Numbered from the stretch's first letter, positions 1 through 10,148 are shown. The stretch is 64,000 nt of DNA from Longimicrobiales bacterium (GCA_963422615.1 OY730414.1:1472302-1536301); one strand, 5' to 3'. The notes: generated by a model not told the origin, from the letters alone. Made by a program: numbers and translations.

Positions 1-46
1 GGCCCCTCCTGTTGACGGCGCGTAACGAACGGGAAGGTCCAGCGCC

Positions 47-1618
47 GTGATCACGATCGACGGCTACCGCCTGACCTTGGGGCAGATCGAGGCGGTGGCG
101 TACGATCGCCTCCCGGTTCGGCTGGCCGCCGAAGCCTTGGAGCAGGTTTGCCGCTCCCGGGCGCTGTTGGACCGCCTCTTGGATGAGGGAATCCCGATCT
201 ATGGCGTGACGACCGGCTTCGGAAGGCTGGCCGACATCGCAATCCCGCGCGAGGAACAGCGGGCCCTTCAGAAAAACTTGGTCCGGAGCCATTCGGCCGG
301 GTCGGGGTCCCCGCTCCCCGTTGCGGAGGTACGTGCGATTCTGCTCCTTCGGGCCAATACCCTGGCCCGGGGACATTCCGGCTGCCGTCCCGTGGTGATT
401 GAGCGACTGCTGGACGTCCTCAACCGGGGCATCCACCCCATCGTGCCCGAAATCGGATCCGTCGGCGCCAGCGGCGACTTGGCGCCCCTGGCCCACGTCG
501 CCCTGGGACTGATCGGGGAGGGCAGGGCCGAGAAGGACGGCAAGGTCGGAGAGGCAGGGGCGTTGCTGGCCGAGGCCGGGATTCCCCCTCTGGACCTTGC
601 AGAAAAAGAGGGCGTGGCGCTGATCAACGGGACTCAGGCCACAACCGCGATCGGGGCTCTGGTGCTATGCCGGTTCGGCCGGGCCTTGGACACGGTCGAC
701 GTGGCCGGGGCAGCGAGCCTCGAGGGGCTGAAGGGGACCCCGTCCGCGTTCCGACCCGAGATTCAGGCGGTCCGGCCCCATCCAGGGCAGATCGCCAGCG
801 CCCGGCGCCTCCGGGCCCTCTTGAAGGGATCCGAGATTCGGGAGTCCCACCGGGAGGGGGACTCGAGAGTGCAAGACGCCTACTCCCTCCGCTGCATGCC
901 TCAGGTCCACGGGGCCGCCCGGGAAACCCTGGACTATTCCCGCCGAATCCTCACGACGGAAGTCAACTCCACCACCGATAACCCGCTGGTCCTGCCCGAC
1001 GAGGAGATCGTGCTCAGCGGGGGGAACTTTCACGCCCAGATCATTGCCCAGTGCCTGGACTTGGTGGCCATCGCGGCGGCGGACTTGGCTTCCATCTCCG
1101 AACGGCGGATCGACCGGCTTCTCAACCCCGAACTGTCCGGGCTGCCCGGCTTCCTCACCCCTAGGCCCGGGTCCCGCTCGGGCTTCATGATCGCTCAAGT
1201 GACCGCCGCCGACGCCCTGGCCGAAATGCGGATTCTCGCGACCCCGGCCAGCATCGATTCCGTGCCGACCAGCGCTTCTCGGGAAGACCACGTTTCCATG
1301 GGGATGGCGGCGGCAAGGAAGGTCCGAAGAAGCATGGAGTTGCTGGAAACGGTCCTGGCCATCGAGATCCTGTGCGCTGCCCAGGCCATTGATTTCCACC
1401 GGCCCCTCCTCCCCGGCAGAGGGGTGGGACGGGCCCTGGCAATTGTGCGGCGCAACGTCGCCCCCCTGGACGACGACCGGGTGCTGAGCCCCGATATCGC
1501 CGCCGTTTCGGACATGGTGCGGGCAGGCACGTTCGCGGCCATTTTCCAGGAACGCAGCGAACCTCCTCCGGAACGGGCAGATAAGGCGGACGACACCGTG
1601 AGGCGGAGACGTCGATGA
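47..1618 (+). CDS. hutH: Histidine ammonia-lyase
   Basis: [19 protein letters not shown]-forming [22 protein letters not shown] and SGGNFH motifs; GTG start; ATGA overlap with hutU. Confidence 0.97.
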   Translation: MITIDGYRLTLGQIEAVAYDRLPVRLAAEALEQVCRSRALLDRLLDEGIPIYGVTTGFGRLADIAIPREEQRALQKNLVRSHSAGSGSPLPVAEVRAILLLRANTLARGHSGCRPVVIERLLDVLNRGIHPIVPEIGSVGASGDLAPLAHVALGLIGEGRAEKDGKVGEAGALLAEAGIPPLDLAEKEGVALINGTQATTAIGALVLCRFGRALDTVDVAGAASLEGLKGTPSAFRPEIQAVRPHPGQIASARRLRALLKGSEIRESHREGDSRVQDAYSLRCMPQVHGAARETLDYSRRILTTEVNSTTDNPLVLPDEEIVLSGGNFHAQIIAQCLDLVAIAAADLASISERRIDRLLNPELSGLPGFLTPRPGSRSGFMIAQVTAADALAEMRILATPASIDSVPTSASREDHVSMGMAAARKVRRSMELLETVLAIEILCAAQAIDFHRPLLPGRGVGRALAIVRRNVAPLDDDRVLSPDIAAVSDMVRAGTFAAIFQERSEPPPERADKADDTVRRRRR

Positions 1619-3270
1619 CGGGGGAGGGCCGGATCGTGCGGGCGCCTCGGGGACGCGCACTCAGGTGCCGAGGCTGGACCCAGGAGGCGGCGCTTCGAAT
1701 GCTCATGAACAACCTGGACCCCGCCGTCGCAGAAAACCCGGAGGCGCTGGTGGTGTACGGCGGCACCGGAAAAGCCGCCAGGAACTGGGCCGCATTCGAC
1801 GCCATCATCGCTGCCCTGAAAGTTCTGGAGGACGACGAGACCCTCTTGGTCCAATCCGGAAAGCCCGTTGCGGTGTTCAGAACCCGGCGAAGCGCGCCTC
1901 GCGTCCTCATCGCCAACGGGAACTTGGTGGGCCGCTGGGCCACATGGGAGCACTTCCACGAGTTGGAACGGGCGGGGTTGACGATGTACGGCCAGATGAC
2001 GGCCGGATCGTGGATCTACATCGGGACGCAGGGGATCCTGCAGGGCACCTACGAGACCTTTGGCGCCATGGCGAAGGCCCACTTCGGAGGAACCCTGGCG
2101 GGACGCTGGATCCTCACCGGGGGCATGGGGGGGATGGGGGGCGCCCAGCCCCTCGCGGCCACCATGACCGGCGCAGCAATTCTGGTCGTGGAAGTTGATC
2201 CGGAAAGGATCCGTCGCCGGATCGAGACGCGGTACTGCGACAGGATGACCGAGGATCTTGACCAAGCCGTGGCCTGGGTGCTGAAAGCGACAGAAGAAAG
2301 AAGAGCGCTGTCGGTGGGCCTGGCCGGGAACTGCGCCCAGGTGCTTCCGGTGCTCCTGGATCGGGGGGTGACCCCGGACATCGTGACCGATCAGACCTCC
2401 GCCCACGATCCTCTGGGGGGCTACATTCCGGCCGGGCTTTCTGTCGCTGAAGCCACCGTCCTGCGACAACGGGACCCGAAGGAGTACCGATCGAGGTCGA
2501 TGGCGTCGATTCGGGTACACTGTGCGGCCATCGTGAAAATGGCGGAGCGGGGGGCTGTGGCGGTTGACTACGGGAACAACCTGCGCGGCTACGCCAAGGA
2601 CGCCGGGTTCGCGGATGCATTTGCGTATCCCGGCTTCGTTCCGGCTTATGTCCGGCCCCTCTTCTGCAGGGGAAAGGGACCGTTTCGCTGGGTCGCCCTT
2701 TCCGGTGATCCCGCTGACATTCACAGAACCGACGACTTGGTACTGGAGATGTTCCCGGAAGACGAGCACCTTTGCCGCTGGATTCGCATGGCCCGGGAAC
2801 GCGTGGCCTTCCAGGGGCTTCCCGCCCGTATCTGCTGGCTGGGCCAAGGGGAGCGGGCGCGCTTCGGTGTGGCCATCAACGACGGGGTCGCCCGCGGCGA
2901 GATCAGCGCTCCGATCGTGATTGGCCGGGACCACCTGGATACGGGCTCCGTGGCGTCCCCGTACCGGGAGACCGAAGGGATGAAGGACGGCACCGACGCC
3001 GTTGCCGATTGGCCGGTCCTGAACGCCCTGCTGAGCACCGCGTCGGGGGCAAGCTGGGTGTCCTTCCACCACGGGGGAGGCGTGGGAATCGGCAACTCTC
3101 TCCACGCGGGGCAGGTGTTGGTGGCCGACGGAAGCTCGGAGATGCGGACCCGAATCGAGCGGGTGCTGACCAATGATCCTGGGATCGGGGTCGCAAGACA
3201 CGCGGACGCGGGATACCGAGAAGCGATGGAGACGGTGCGTTCCGCGGGGATCAAGCTTCCGATGGGGTAG
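1615..3270 (+). CDS. hutU: Urocanate hydratase
   Basis: [43 protein letters not shown] and SFHHGGGVG motifs; 551 aa. Confidence 0.98.
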   Translation: MTGEGRIVRAPRGRALRCRGWTQEAALRMLMNNLDPAVAENPEALVVYGGTGKAARNWAAFDAIIAALKVLEDDETLLVQSGKPVAVFRTRRSAPRVLIANGNLVGRWATWEHFHELERAGLTMYGQMTAGSWIYIGTQGILQGTYETFGAMAKAHFGGTLAGRWILTGGMGGMGGAQPLAATMTGAAILVVEVDPERIRRRIETRYCDRMTEDLDQAVAWVLKATEERRALSVGLAGNCAQVLPVLLDRGVTPDIVTDQTSAHDPLGGYIPAGLSVAEATVLRQRDPKEYRSRSMASIRVHCAAIVKMAERGAVAVDYGNNLRGYAKDAGFADAFAYPGFVPAYVRPLFCRGKGPFRWVALSGDPADIHRTDDLVLEMFPEDEHLCRWIRMARERVAFQGLPARICWLGQGERARFGVAINDGVARGEISAPIVIGRDHLDTGSVASPYRETEGMKDGTDAVADWPVLNALLSTASGASWVSFHHGGGVGIGNSLHAGQVLVADGSSEMRTRIERVLTNDPGIGVARHADAGYREAMETVRSAGIKLPMG

Positions 3271-3342
3271 GAAGAATCGGGGCGCGGTGGCCGGGTGAGC
3301 GAACCCGGGCTGGCTGGAACACCACTTCCGCTTTGAGAGGGG

Positions 3343-4800
3343 CTATATCCGTCGGGCCAGCGCCTTGGCCACCTTTGCAAAGTTACGGCCGATGTCTTCC
3401 TCTCGGGGATGACGCCCGCTCCGTACGACTGGATGGCCTCCGACCAGGACATCGCGTACGGGGTTCTCCGATCCGGAGAAGATCCAGGAATCCAGTACCG
3501 CGGGTCCATCCCGACCGACCAGCGTCGAATGCTCCGAATCGAGGACGACCAAGTCGGCTCTCTTTCCGACCGCCACGTCCCCTCCGTTCCACATCAGAGC
3601 GCGGCACCCGGCGTGCCACGCGTGCTTCAGCAACGCTCCTCCGGCACCGGACAGGGCGTCACCACCCCCGGAGGCGGGAGGATCCGCATTCTCAGCGAGG
3701 TGCGTTTCCGAGTTTCCGCGGCCTCCCTTCTCGGTGAGCACCGTTCGATTCCCGGAGGTGAGGCGCTGCCCGTAGTCGAGAAGCCGCAGCTCCTCAACGG
3801 GACTCCGAGACAGGTGACTGTCGGTTCCGACCCCGAATCCGCCCCCCCGGGCGGTGAAGGTCGCAAGAGGGAATAGGCCGTCCGCCAGGTTGGCTTCCGT
3901 AGTGGGACACAATCCTGCGATGGCTCCCCGGCGAGCGATAGCCGTGGCTTCCGCCTGGGTGATGTGGGTCGCATGGACCAAACACCAGTGAGCGTCTACG
4001 CCTGCGTTGTCCAGAAGCCATTCGACGGGCCTGGCCCCCAGGGTGGCGAGGCACTCCCTGACCTCCCGCTGTTGCTCCGCCACGTGAATGTGGACGGGAG
4101 CCCCCCGAGTGCCCTCAAGGAAAGCGGCTACGTTGCGAAACGAAGACTCCGACACCGCCCTCAGGCTGTGGATCGCCCAGCCCAGCCGGTGAGGGCGCAA
4201 GTCGGTTTCCAACACTTCGCGGAGTCGAACCACCCCCTCCAGGTCCATTCGGAAGCGGTGTTGGCTTCCCTCCAGCGACTTTCCGCCGAATCCTCCGGTT
4301 TCATACACGACCGGCATGTGTACCAAGCCGATGCCGGTCGTTTTTGCCGCTTCAAGAATTCGCCGGCTCATTTCGGCTACATTGTCATAAGCGCCTCCTC
4401 CGGGAGGGTGGTGCAAATAGTGAAACTCCCCCACGCAGGTAAAGCCGGTTTTCAACATTTCCACATAGAGCTGGGCTGCAATCCCTTCCACGTCGTCAGG
4501 CCCCAGGTGATGCAGGAAGCGATACATCGCCTCTCGCCAGCTCCAGAACGAAGCGGATTTCCGGCCTTCCGCGAGACCCGCCAGCGCCCTTTGAAAGGCG
4601 TGGCTGTGTACATTGGGGACGCCAGGAACCGTCCATCCCTTGAACCGTTCAGACCCGGTCCCGGCCCTTCCCGGACAGACCGACTGGATCCTGCCTTGAT
4701 CGTCAACCCCGATCCGGACATCCCGCTGCCATTGCTCCCCGACCAGAAGCCTGTCGAAATCAAGGATGCGGAGAGCTCCTGGGGATTCATCTCTTTGCAC
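3343..4800 (-). CDS. hutF: Formimidoylglutamate deiminase
   Basis: NVHSHAFQRALAG, SFWSWRE, GEFHYLHH, HIHVAEQ, CPTTEANLADG motifs; hut context. Confidence 0.93.
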   Translation of the reverse strand: MQRDESPGALRILDFDRLLVGEQWQRDVRIGVDDQGRIQSVCPGRAGTGSERFKGWTVPGVPNVHSHAFQRALAGLAEGRKSASFWSWREAMYRFLHHLGPDDVEGIAAQLYVEMLKTGFTCVGEFHYLHHPPGGGAYDNVAEMSRRILEAAKTTGIGLVHMPVVYETGGFGGKSLEGSQHRFRMDLEGVVRLREVLETDLRPHRLGWAIHSLRAVSESSFRNVAAFLEGTRGAPVHIHVAEQQREVRECLATLGARPVEWLLDNAGVDAHWCLVHATHITQAEATAIARRGAIAGLCPTTEANLADGLFPLATFTARGGGFGVGTDSHLSRSPVEELRLLDYGQRLTSGNRTVLTEKGGRGNSETHLAENADPPASGGGDALSGAGGALLKHAWHAGCRALMWNGGDVAVGKRADLVVLDSEHSTLVGRDGPAVLDSWIFSGSENPVRDVLVGGHPVVRSGRHPREEDIGRNFAKVAKALARRI

Positions 4801-4972
4801 GGGCGTTTCGTTTCCTTATGAGGGGGGTCGGGAGAAGGCGGGTTGGTTGGCGGGTAAGGAGAGTCCCGGTCGTTCCACCCGGCGGATTGCGAAGTGGGAC
4901 AGATGGATCCATGAATCTGGCATCGTTTTCTGCACCTTCGCAGTAGGCAGGTGCAAGAAAGAGGAGTGACGC

Positions 4973-6220
4973 TTGTCCGGCCCCAAGTGGGATAGACTCT
5001 GGATTGACGTGAATCTGGCGGCGATGACGGACTCCTCTCTGGGGTTGCTGAGGGACGGCGCCATCGCCAGCGCGGACGGCCGCATCGCATGGGTGGGAAG
5101 GGCCGCCGATCTTCCAGCACCGGGCCTCTCCGGGGCGGCCGACGTCGTGCGATGCGGTGGGGCGTGGCTGACGCCGGGCCTCATTGACTGTCATACCCAC
5201 CTTGTCTTCGGCGGAAACCGGACGGAGGACTTTCGCCGGCGGCTCCATGGGGAGTCTTACGAGGACATCGCCCGGTCAGGGGGCGGGATATGGTCCACGG
5301 TACTGGCTACGCGCCAGGCCACCCGGGAGGAACTAACGGCGGGAGCGGTGGGGAGAGCCCGGCAATTGATGGCTTGGGGGGTCACGACGATCGAAATCAA
5401 GTCCGGCTACGGCCTGGATCTGGAGACGGAGTTGCGGATGTTGGAGATTGCCGCAGGGCTTGCCCGCCTTCTGCCCGTAAGTGTTTCTCCGACGCTTCTT
5501 GCGGCCCACACGGTTCCCAGGGAGTACGAGGAGAGACGCGCCCAGTATGTCCGGCACGTGGTCGAAGACATCATCCCGGCGGCTCTGGACCAGGGTATCG
5601 CGACGGGGATCGACGCTTTCTGCGAAGGCATCGCCTTCACGCCGGAAGAAGCGCGGACCGTTCTCGAAGCGGGAATCGCTGGCGGCTTGAACGGCCGCCT
5701 GCACGCCGACCAGCTCATGGATGCCGGGGGGGCCGCGCTGGCGGCGTCCGTGGGCGCTCACTCGGCGGATCACCTGGAATATCTGTCTCCGGATGCCGTC
5801 CCGGCCATGGCCTCCGCCGGGACCGCCGCGGTCCTCCTCCCGGGAGCTGCCTACACACTGGGTTCGCCTCGCATCCCTCCCCTTTCCGTCCTGCGAGAGG
5901 CCGGTGTGACCCTTGCCCTGGCCACCGACGCGAATCCGGGATCGTCACCGATCACGAACGTGGGCGTGATTCTGAACTTGGCTTGCATCCTCTTCGGGCT
6001 CACCCCCGAAGAGGCGCTTCGGGGATTCACGTCCTCCGCCGCAAGGGTATTGGGGCTCCAGGATCGGGGTACGCTTGAGCCAGGAAAGCGGGCGGATTTT
6101 GCGATTTGGGGTGTGCGGGACCTTACCGAGCTGTGCTACTGGATAGGCTTGAGCCCACTCAAGTCCTTGGTAAGGGAAGGAGAACCCGTGTCCGCGCTCG
6201 TTTGGCACCGACGCAGTTGA
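4973..6220 (+). CDS. hutI: Imidazolonepropionase
   Basis: PGLIDCHTHLVFGG, EIKSGYGL, HADQL, SADHLE, ALATDANPGSSP motifs; TTG start after GAGGAG. Confidence 0.96.
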   Translation: MSGPKWDRLWIDVNLAAMTDSSLGLLRDGAIASADGRIAWVGRAADLPAPGLSGAADVVRCGGAWLTPGLIDCHTHLVFGGNRTEDFRRRLHGESYEDIARSGGGIWSTVLATRQATREELTAGAVGRARQLMAWGVTTIEIKSGYGLDLETELRMLEIAAGLARLLPVSVSPTLLAAHTVPREYEERRAQYVRHVVEDIIPAALDQGIATGIDAFCEGIAFTPEEARTVLEAGIAGGLNGRLHADQLMDAGGAALAASVGAHSADHLEYLSPDAVPAMASAGTAAVLLPGAAYTLGSPRIPPLSVLREAGVTLALATDANPGSSPITNVGVILNLACILFGLTPEEALRGFTSSAARVLGLQDRGTLEPGKRADFAIWGVRDLTELCYWIGLSPLKSLVREGEPVSALVWHRRS

Positions 6221-6326
6221 GGGGGCAGGCGCCGACGCTCTGCTACCCCGTGCACTGGTAGATCCGCGGCGCCGGGGGGCAGATCCCCCCGACGAGTCGC
6301 GGACTTGGGGTGCTTGTTTCGTGCGG

Positions 6327-7757
6327 TTAGCCTCCCCGCCGAGGGGGCTTGCGCGTTGGTGGAGTCGCCCGGCCTCGACTGGGGCGTTTTGCGGTGGGCG
6401 GGCGGCGGACCTTCGGGGGCGACCGTTTTGTGGTGGGCGGGCGGCGGACTTTCGGGGGCGACCGTTTTGTGGTGGGCGGGCGGCGGACTTTCGGGGGCGA
6501 CCGTTTTGCGGTGGGCGGGCGGCGGACTTTCGGGGGCGACCGTTTTGCGGTGGGTGGGCGGCGGACCTTCGGGGGCGACCGTTTTGCGGTGGGTGGGCGG
6601 CGGACCTTCGGGGGCGACCGTTTTGTGGTGGGTGGGCGGCGGACCTTCGGGGGCGACCGTTTTGCGGTGGGCGGGCGGCGGACCTTCGGGGGCGACCGTT
6701 TTGCGGTGGGCGGGCGACTAGTCCGGTAAGAAGGCGAAGGCCGACTGGCAGGGGGACGAACCTTAGGAGGACCCGCGGGACGAACGCGGGCTTTGGGAGG
6801 AGTCGTCCCAGCTGACGGCGGCGGCCGCACCCCGCGGGGCGCGCTTCCCGCGGAAGGTTGGGGACGCTGGGGCCTGGCTCGGGCCGACGGCGTGCGGGTG
6901 TCCTGACCCGATTCGGGCCGGACCCGAACCCTGGGGCGGGCCGTTCTCCCTTCCGCACCCGACCCCCGGTTTCCCCGCCGGTCCCGCACACCCACCCCCC
7001 TCGGATCGGGAGTGCCGTTCCGGGGCACCGCCCGGGAGGTAGGGCGCTCCGGCCCGTTGTCCGTTACGTATACCCTAGGGGATTCCTTGTATCGGGGGCC
7101 GAAGAGGGGAGAACGGCGGACGACTTCGACGCTACCCGACCGGTAGCCATAAGGGGATACATAGCCCCAGCGGGACGCATATCCGTAGTCGGGAGAATCG
7201 TCCCAGGCCCAATGGCCATAACCCGAATACCAGCCCCATCGGGGATAGCCATAACCCCAGCTGCGATGGAAGGGACCCCGATAGTACGCGTACCGGTGAC
7301 GATGGCTTTGAAGATAGCGCCGCGACGGCCAACCGACATAGTGCGGGTTCCACCAAGGTCGGTACCCGCCCCACCAAGCGAAGCCTGGTGTGATCGTGGG
7401 ATAGTGATGCCAGGCGCAATCCGGAAACGCGAGATACCAAAGAGGGTCCCAGCAATTGAAATAGATGAATCCGACCTCGAAGTCGTAGGCTTCGTCGCCG
7501 TAGTAGCCGTCGTAGTAATCCGTGTAGCTGAAGCCCAAGGAGATGCCGTAAGGCGACGCACCGAACCCGAAGGAGAACCCCTCATCCGGGGCTGGGTGAC
7601 CCACAGCCAGTCCGGGGCGGGACCCAACGGCGGGACCCCCATACTCTGCCAAGCCGAGTTGCATTGAAGCGTGAGCGGGGAGCGGGGCTTGACCCTCTGC
7701 TGCCCCAGGCAAGGCCAGTACGCCTATCGTGATCAGGAAGTTCTTTCTGTAGGTCAT
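6327..7757 (-). CDS. Putative secreted low-complexity protein (Tyr/Trp/Gly-rich core, Arg/Pro-rich tail with 13-aa repeats)
   Basis: ATG at 7757 gives a signal-peptide-like start (MTYRKNFLITIGVLALPGAAEG-Q); variation between repeat units is mostly synonymous in this frame. Confidence 0.75.
   Translation of the reverse strand: MTYRKNFLITIGVLALPGAAEGQAPLPAHASMQLGLAEYGGPAVGSRPGLAVGHPAPDEGFSFGFGASPYGISLGFSYTDYYDGYYGDEAYDFEVGFIYFNCWDPLWYLAFPDCAWHHYPTITPGFAWWGGYRPWWNPHYVGWPSRRYLQSHRHRYAYYRGPFHRSWGYGYPRWGWYSGYGHWAWDDSPDYGYASRWGYVSPYGYRSGSVEVVRRSPLFGPRYKESPRVYVTDNGPERPTSRAVPRNGTPDPRGVGVRDRRGNRGSGAEGRTARPRVRVRPESGQDTRTPSARARPQRPQPSAGSAPRGVRPPPSAGTTPPKARVRPAGPPKVRPPASRPSPSYRTSRPPTAKRSPPKVRRPPTAKRSPPKVRRPPTTKRSPPKVRRPPTAKRSPPKVRRPPTAKRSPPKVRRPPTAKRSPPKVRRPPTTKRSPPKVRRPPTTKRSPPKVRRPPTAKRPSRGRATPPTRKPPRRGG
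6385..6716. repeat. 39-bp tandem repeat, 8 full copies plus a partial copy (encodes PPTAKRSPPKVRR on the minus strand)
   Basis: Unit cgttttgYggtgggYgggcggcggacYttcgggggcgac starts at 6385, 6424, 6463, 6502, 6541, 6580, 6619, 6658 and 6697 (partial). Confidence 0.98.
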
Positions 7758-8012
7758 GGGATCCCTTTCCGGAAGTTTGGACTCGCGGAACGTGTGACTG
7801 AACCGCTTGAGGAAGCACGGATCATGCCAAGGCCCGGAGACAAGAGACACGATCGCAAATTGCAGCCCGCAAGCCCGGGTTGACGGCGGGAAGCACGGAG
7901 AACCAAGCCGGGCTCAAGTCCAACGGAATGCGTGTCGGGCCGCCTGGGCGTGTCCCCGTCCAGGGACGGTTTGTGGCCCATGGGGTAGACAAGGTTTCCG
8001 GAGGGCTGGGGC

Positions 8013-8222
8013 TTACGGAAACAGCCTTTGGTGCGCGAGCAACAGGGCCAGCAGGGCGATGAACGGCGTCGCCACCAACACCAGCTTTCCAACGGTTTCG
8101 GCTGCCCGGATCCGGGCTTCTGCGCTCCTGGGCCGGTCCGGTTTTTCCGGGGTACTCACGAATCGCGCGATTCCATTTCCTGATGGGTTATGTTCTGATG
8201 GGTTCCGACGGGTGATGGGCAT
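8013..8222 (-). CDS. Small putative membrane protein (69 aa)
   Basis: ATG preceded by AGGTAG; single C-terminal hydrophobic helix (LVLVATPFIALLALLLA); lies in an otherwise empty intergenic region. Confidence 0.5.
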   Translation of the reverse strand: MPITRRNPSEHNPSGNGIARFVSTPEKPDRPRSAEARIRAAETVGKLVLVATPFIALLALLLAHQRLFP

Positions 8223-8735
8223 GGGTCTACCTACGGCCCCTCGGCTCGGGAGCCTTGGGGCGACAGAACCGGAAAGCCCCCATGACTTTCGAACCTGAGC
8301 CCCGACATTCCATACTGTAAACCCCGCACGTTAATTGTAAGCCCCGAGCGTTCGCGCCGGATTGGGGCTTTTCCCGCCGGAAAAGCCGCGCCTGTCCAGC
8401 TTGGGGCGACGTGAACACTTGCGGATCATGGCCGGGAAGTGAATCTTGATTGCTCCGTTGCCGGGCGGGCACGAAGTTTCCGGGCGGCGGGTTTGCACCT
8501 TCAGGTCAGCTGCCGGGCCAGAGCCGTCAAGACGCGGGGGCCTTCTCCGTTTGCCCTTTAAGAGGTAAGGGCACGGTGGTGCGATGTTCACCGTTGCCAT
8601 CCGCGAACAGCCGCCGGCATGGGGACCCGTCAGGATTACGGAAACTCTTGGAGGAACGGCCTGGGGCCCGGAAGGCGGTGCCCGTTCCTGTTCAACTTGC
8701 CAACCGCAGTTCAATCCGAAAGCGTTGAGAGGATC

Positions 8736-10148
8736 GTGACCGATCAACCTCCTCCCGATTCCCGGGAAAGCCAACAGAACGACAGCGTCTCCCCAGTAAA
8801 CCCGCAGGCGATGCCGAATGAAGCCACGGCCGCTGCCCAGGCGATGCAGTCCGACCCTGCGGGATCCACGCAATCCGGGTCCGCCAACCCCATTGTCGGG
8901 GAGCCCGAGGCACGTAAGCGGAGACGGGGCGGGGGCCGCCGTCGGGGTAGGGGCCGGCGGCCACACGACCCGGAACGCGAAGTCCGGGGGAACAACGGAG
9001 GAGGTTCCGCTACGGGGGAGCCCCTGGGCGTTCTTGAGGTTCTAACCAGCGGATCAGGCTTCATTCGTCGATCCGAGTCGGGCTACATTCCTGGTAAAAA
9101 CGACATCTACGTCGGATCCCGCCTCATCCACAGGTTCGGTCTCCGAACCGGAGACGAGCTGTCGGGAATCGTCGGGCGCCGCCCCCGAAACGGAAAGAGT
9201 CCTCCCCTCCGCTACCTCAATCTGGTCAATGGCCTGGCTCCCGATAGCGCTGCCGGAAGGCCGGATTTTGATCGGCTGAGTGCCATCCACCCCCGGGAGC
9301 AGCTCAAGCTGGAGTGCGGGCGGGTCCTGGGCGGCCAGCCCGACATGACCAACCGCGTGATTGACCTCTTCTGTCCCTTCGGCAAAGGACAGCGAGCCAT
9401 GATCGTCGCGCCGGCGAAGGCGGGGAAGACGACCATCCTCCAGTCTGTCGCCGAAGGCATCGTCAAGAACCACCCCGAATGCGAACTGATGATTCTTCTC
9501 GTGGACGAACGGCCCGAGGAGGTCACGGAAATGGAGGCCGCCGGCTTCGGCGAAGTGATCGCGTCCACCTTCGATCTGACGGCAGACCGCCACTGCCAAG
9601 TGGCCGAGATGACGCTGGAGCGGGCCCGCCGGAGGGTCGAGGCGGGGAAGGCCGTGGTCATCATCCTGGATTCGATCACTCGCCTGGCCCGCGCTCACAA
9701 CACGGTCAAGGAAGGAAGCGGACGGACGCTTTCCGGGGGCCTGGACGCCAGCTCCTTGGAGAAGCCCAAGCGGTTTTTGGGCAGCGCCAGGCTCATCAAG
9801 GACGGGCACGGTAGCGGGTCCTTGACGATTATCGCAACGGCGTTGGTGGATACCGGATCCCGCATGGACCAAGTGATCTTCGAGGAGTTCAAGGGGACCG
9901 GGAACAGCGAGCTGGTCCTGAGCCGCGAACTCGCCGACCGACGGATTTTTCCCGCCATTGATCTCAAGGCGTCGGCGACCCGGAAGGAGGAGCTGCTTCT
10001 GTCCGAAGCGGCCCTCACCATGTCCCGGGCCATGAGGCGCCAGCTTTCCAGCTCCCTGCCGTCGGAGGCCATGGACGAGCTATTGCGGGTCATGCGGCAG
10101 ACTCGGTCCAACGAAGAACTGGTCGCGCTCGCCCTGAAGAGGTTGTAG
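8736..10148 (+). CDS. rho: Transcription termination factor Rho with N-terminal low-complexity extension
   Basis: GSGFIR and DIYV RNA-binding motifs, P-loop APAKAGKT, LVDERPEEVT, LDSITRLARA, FEEFKGTGNSEL; GTG at 8736 after GAGAGGA preferred to the ORF-track start at 8619. Confidence 0.95.
   Translation: MTDQPPPDSRESQQNDSVSPVNPQAMPNEATAAAQAMQSDPAGSTQSGSANPIVGEPEARKRRRGGGRRRGRGRRPHDPEREVRGNNGGGSATGEPLGVLEVLTSGSGFIRRSESGYIPGKNDIYVGSRLIHRFGLRTGDELSGIVGRRPRNGKSPPLRYLNLVNGLAPDSAAGRPDFDRLSAIHPREQLKLECGRVLGGQPDMTNRVIDLFCPFGKGQRAMIVAPAKAGKTTILQSVAEGIVKNHPECELMILLVDERPEEVTEMEAAGFGEVIASTFDLTADRHCQVAEMTLERARRRVEAGKAVVIILDSITRLARAHNTVKEGSGRTLSGGLDASSLEKPKRFLGSARLIKDGHGSGSLTIIATALVDTGSRMDQVIFEEFKGTGNSELVLSRELADRRIFPAIDLKASATRKEELLLSEAALTMSRAMRRQLSSSLPSEAMDELLRVMRQTRSNEELVALALKRL

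Noticed and set aside
47..3270. Ergothioneine catabolism (ergothionase/thiourocanate hydratase) instead of hut
   Set aside because: The lyase has the intact Ala-Ser-Gly MIO motif and sits with hutI and hutF, matching ordinary histidine utilisation
6385..6716. Possible CRISPR array
   Set aside because: Units are head-to-tail with no unique spacers, the period is a multiple of three within an ORF, and no cas genes are present
5945..6991. Alternative-frame ORFs through the repeat (5945..6991, 6305..6721, 6321..6815, 6349..6729)
   Set aside because: The repeat lacks stops in several frames; synonymous variation and the signal peptide favour the 6327..7757 frame
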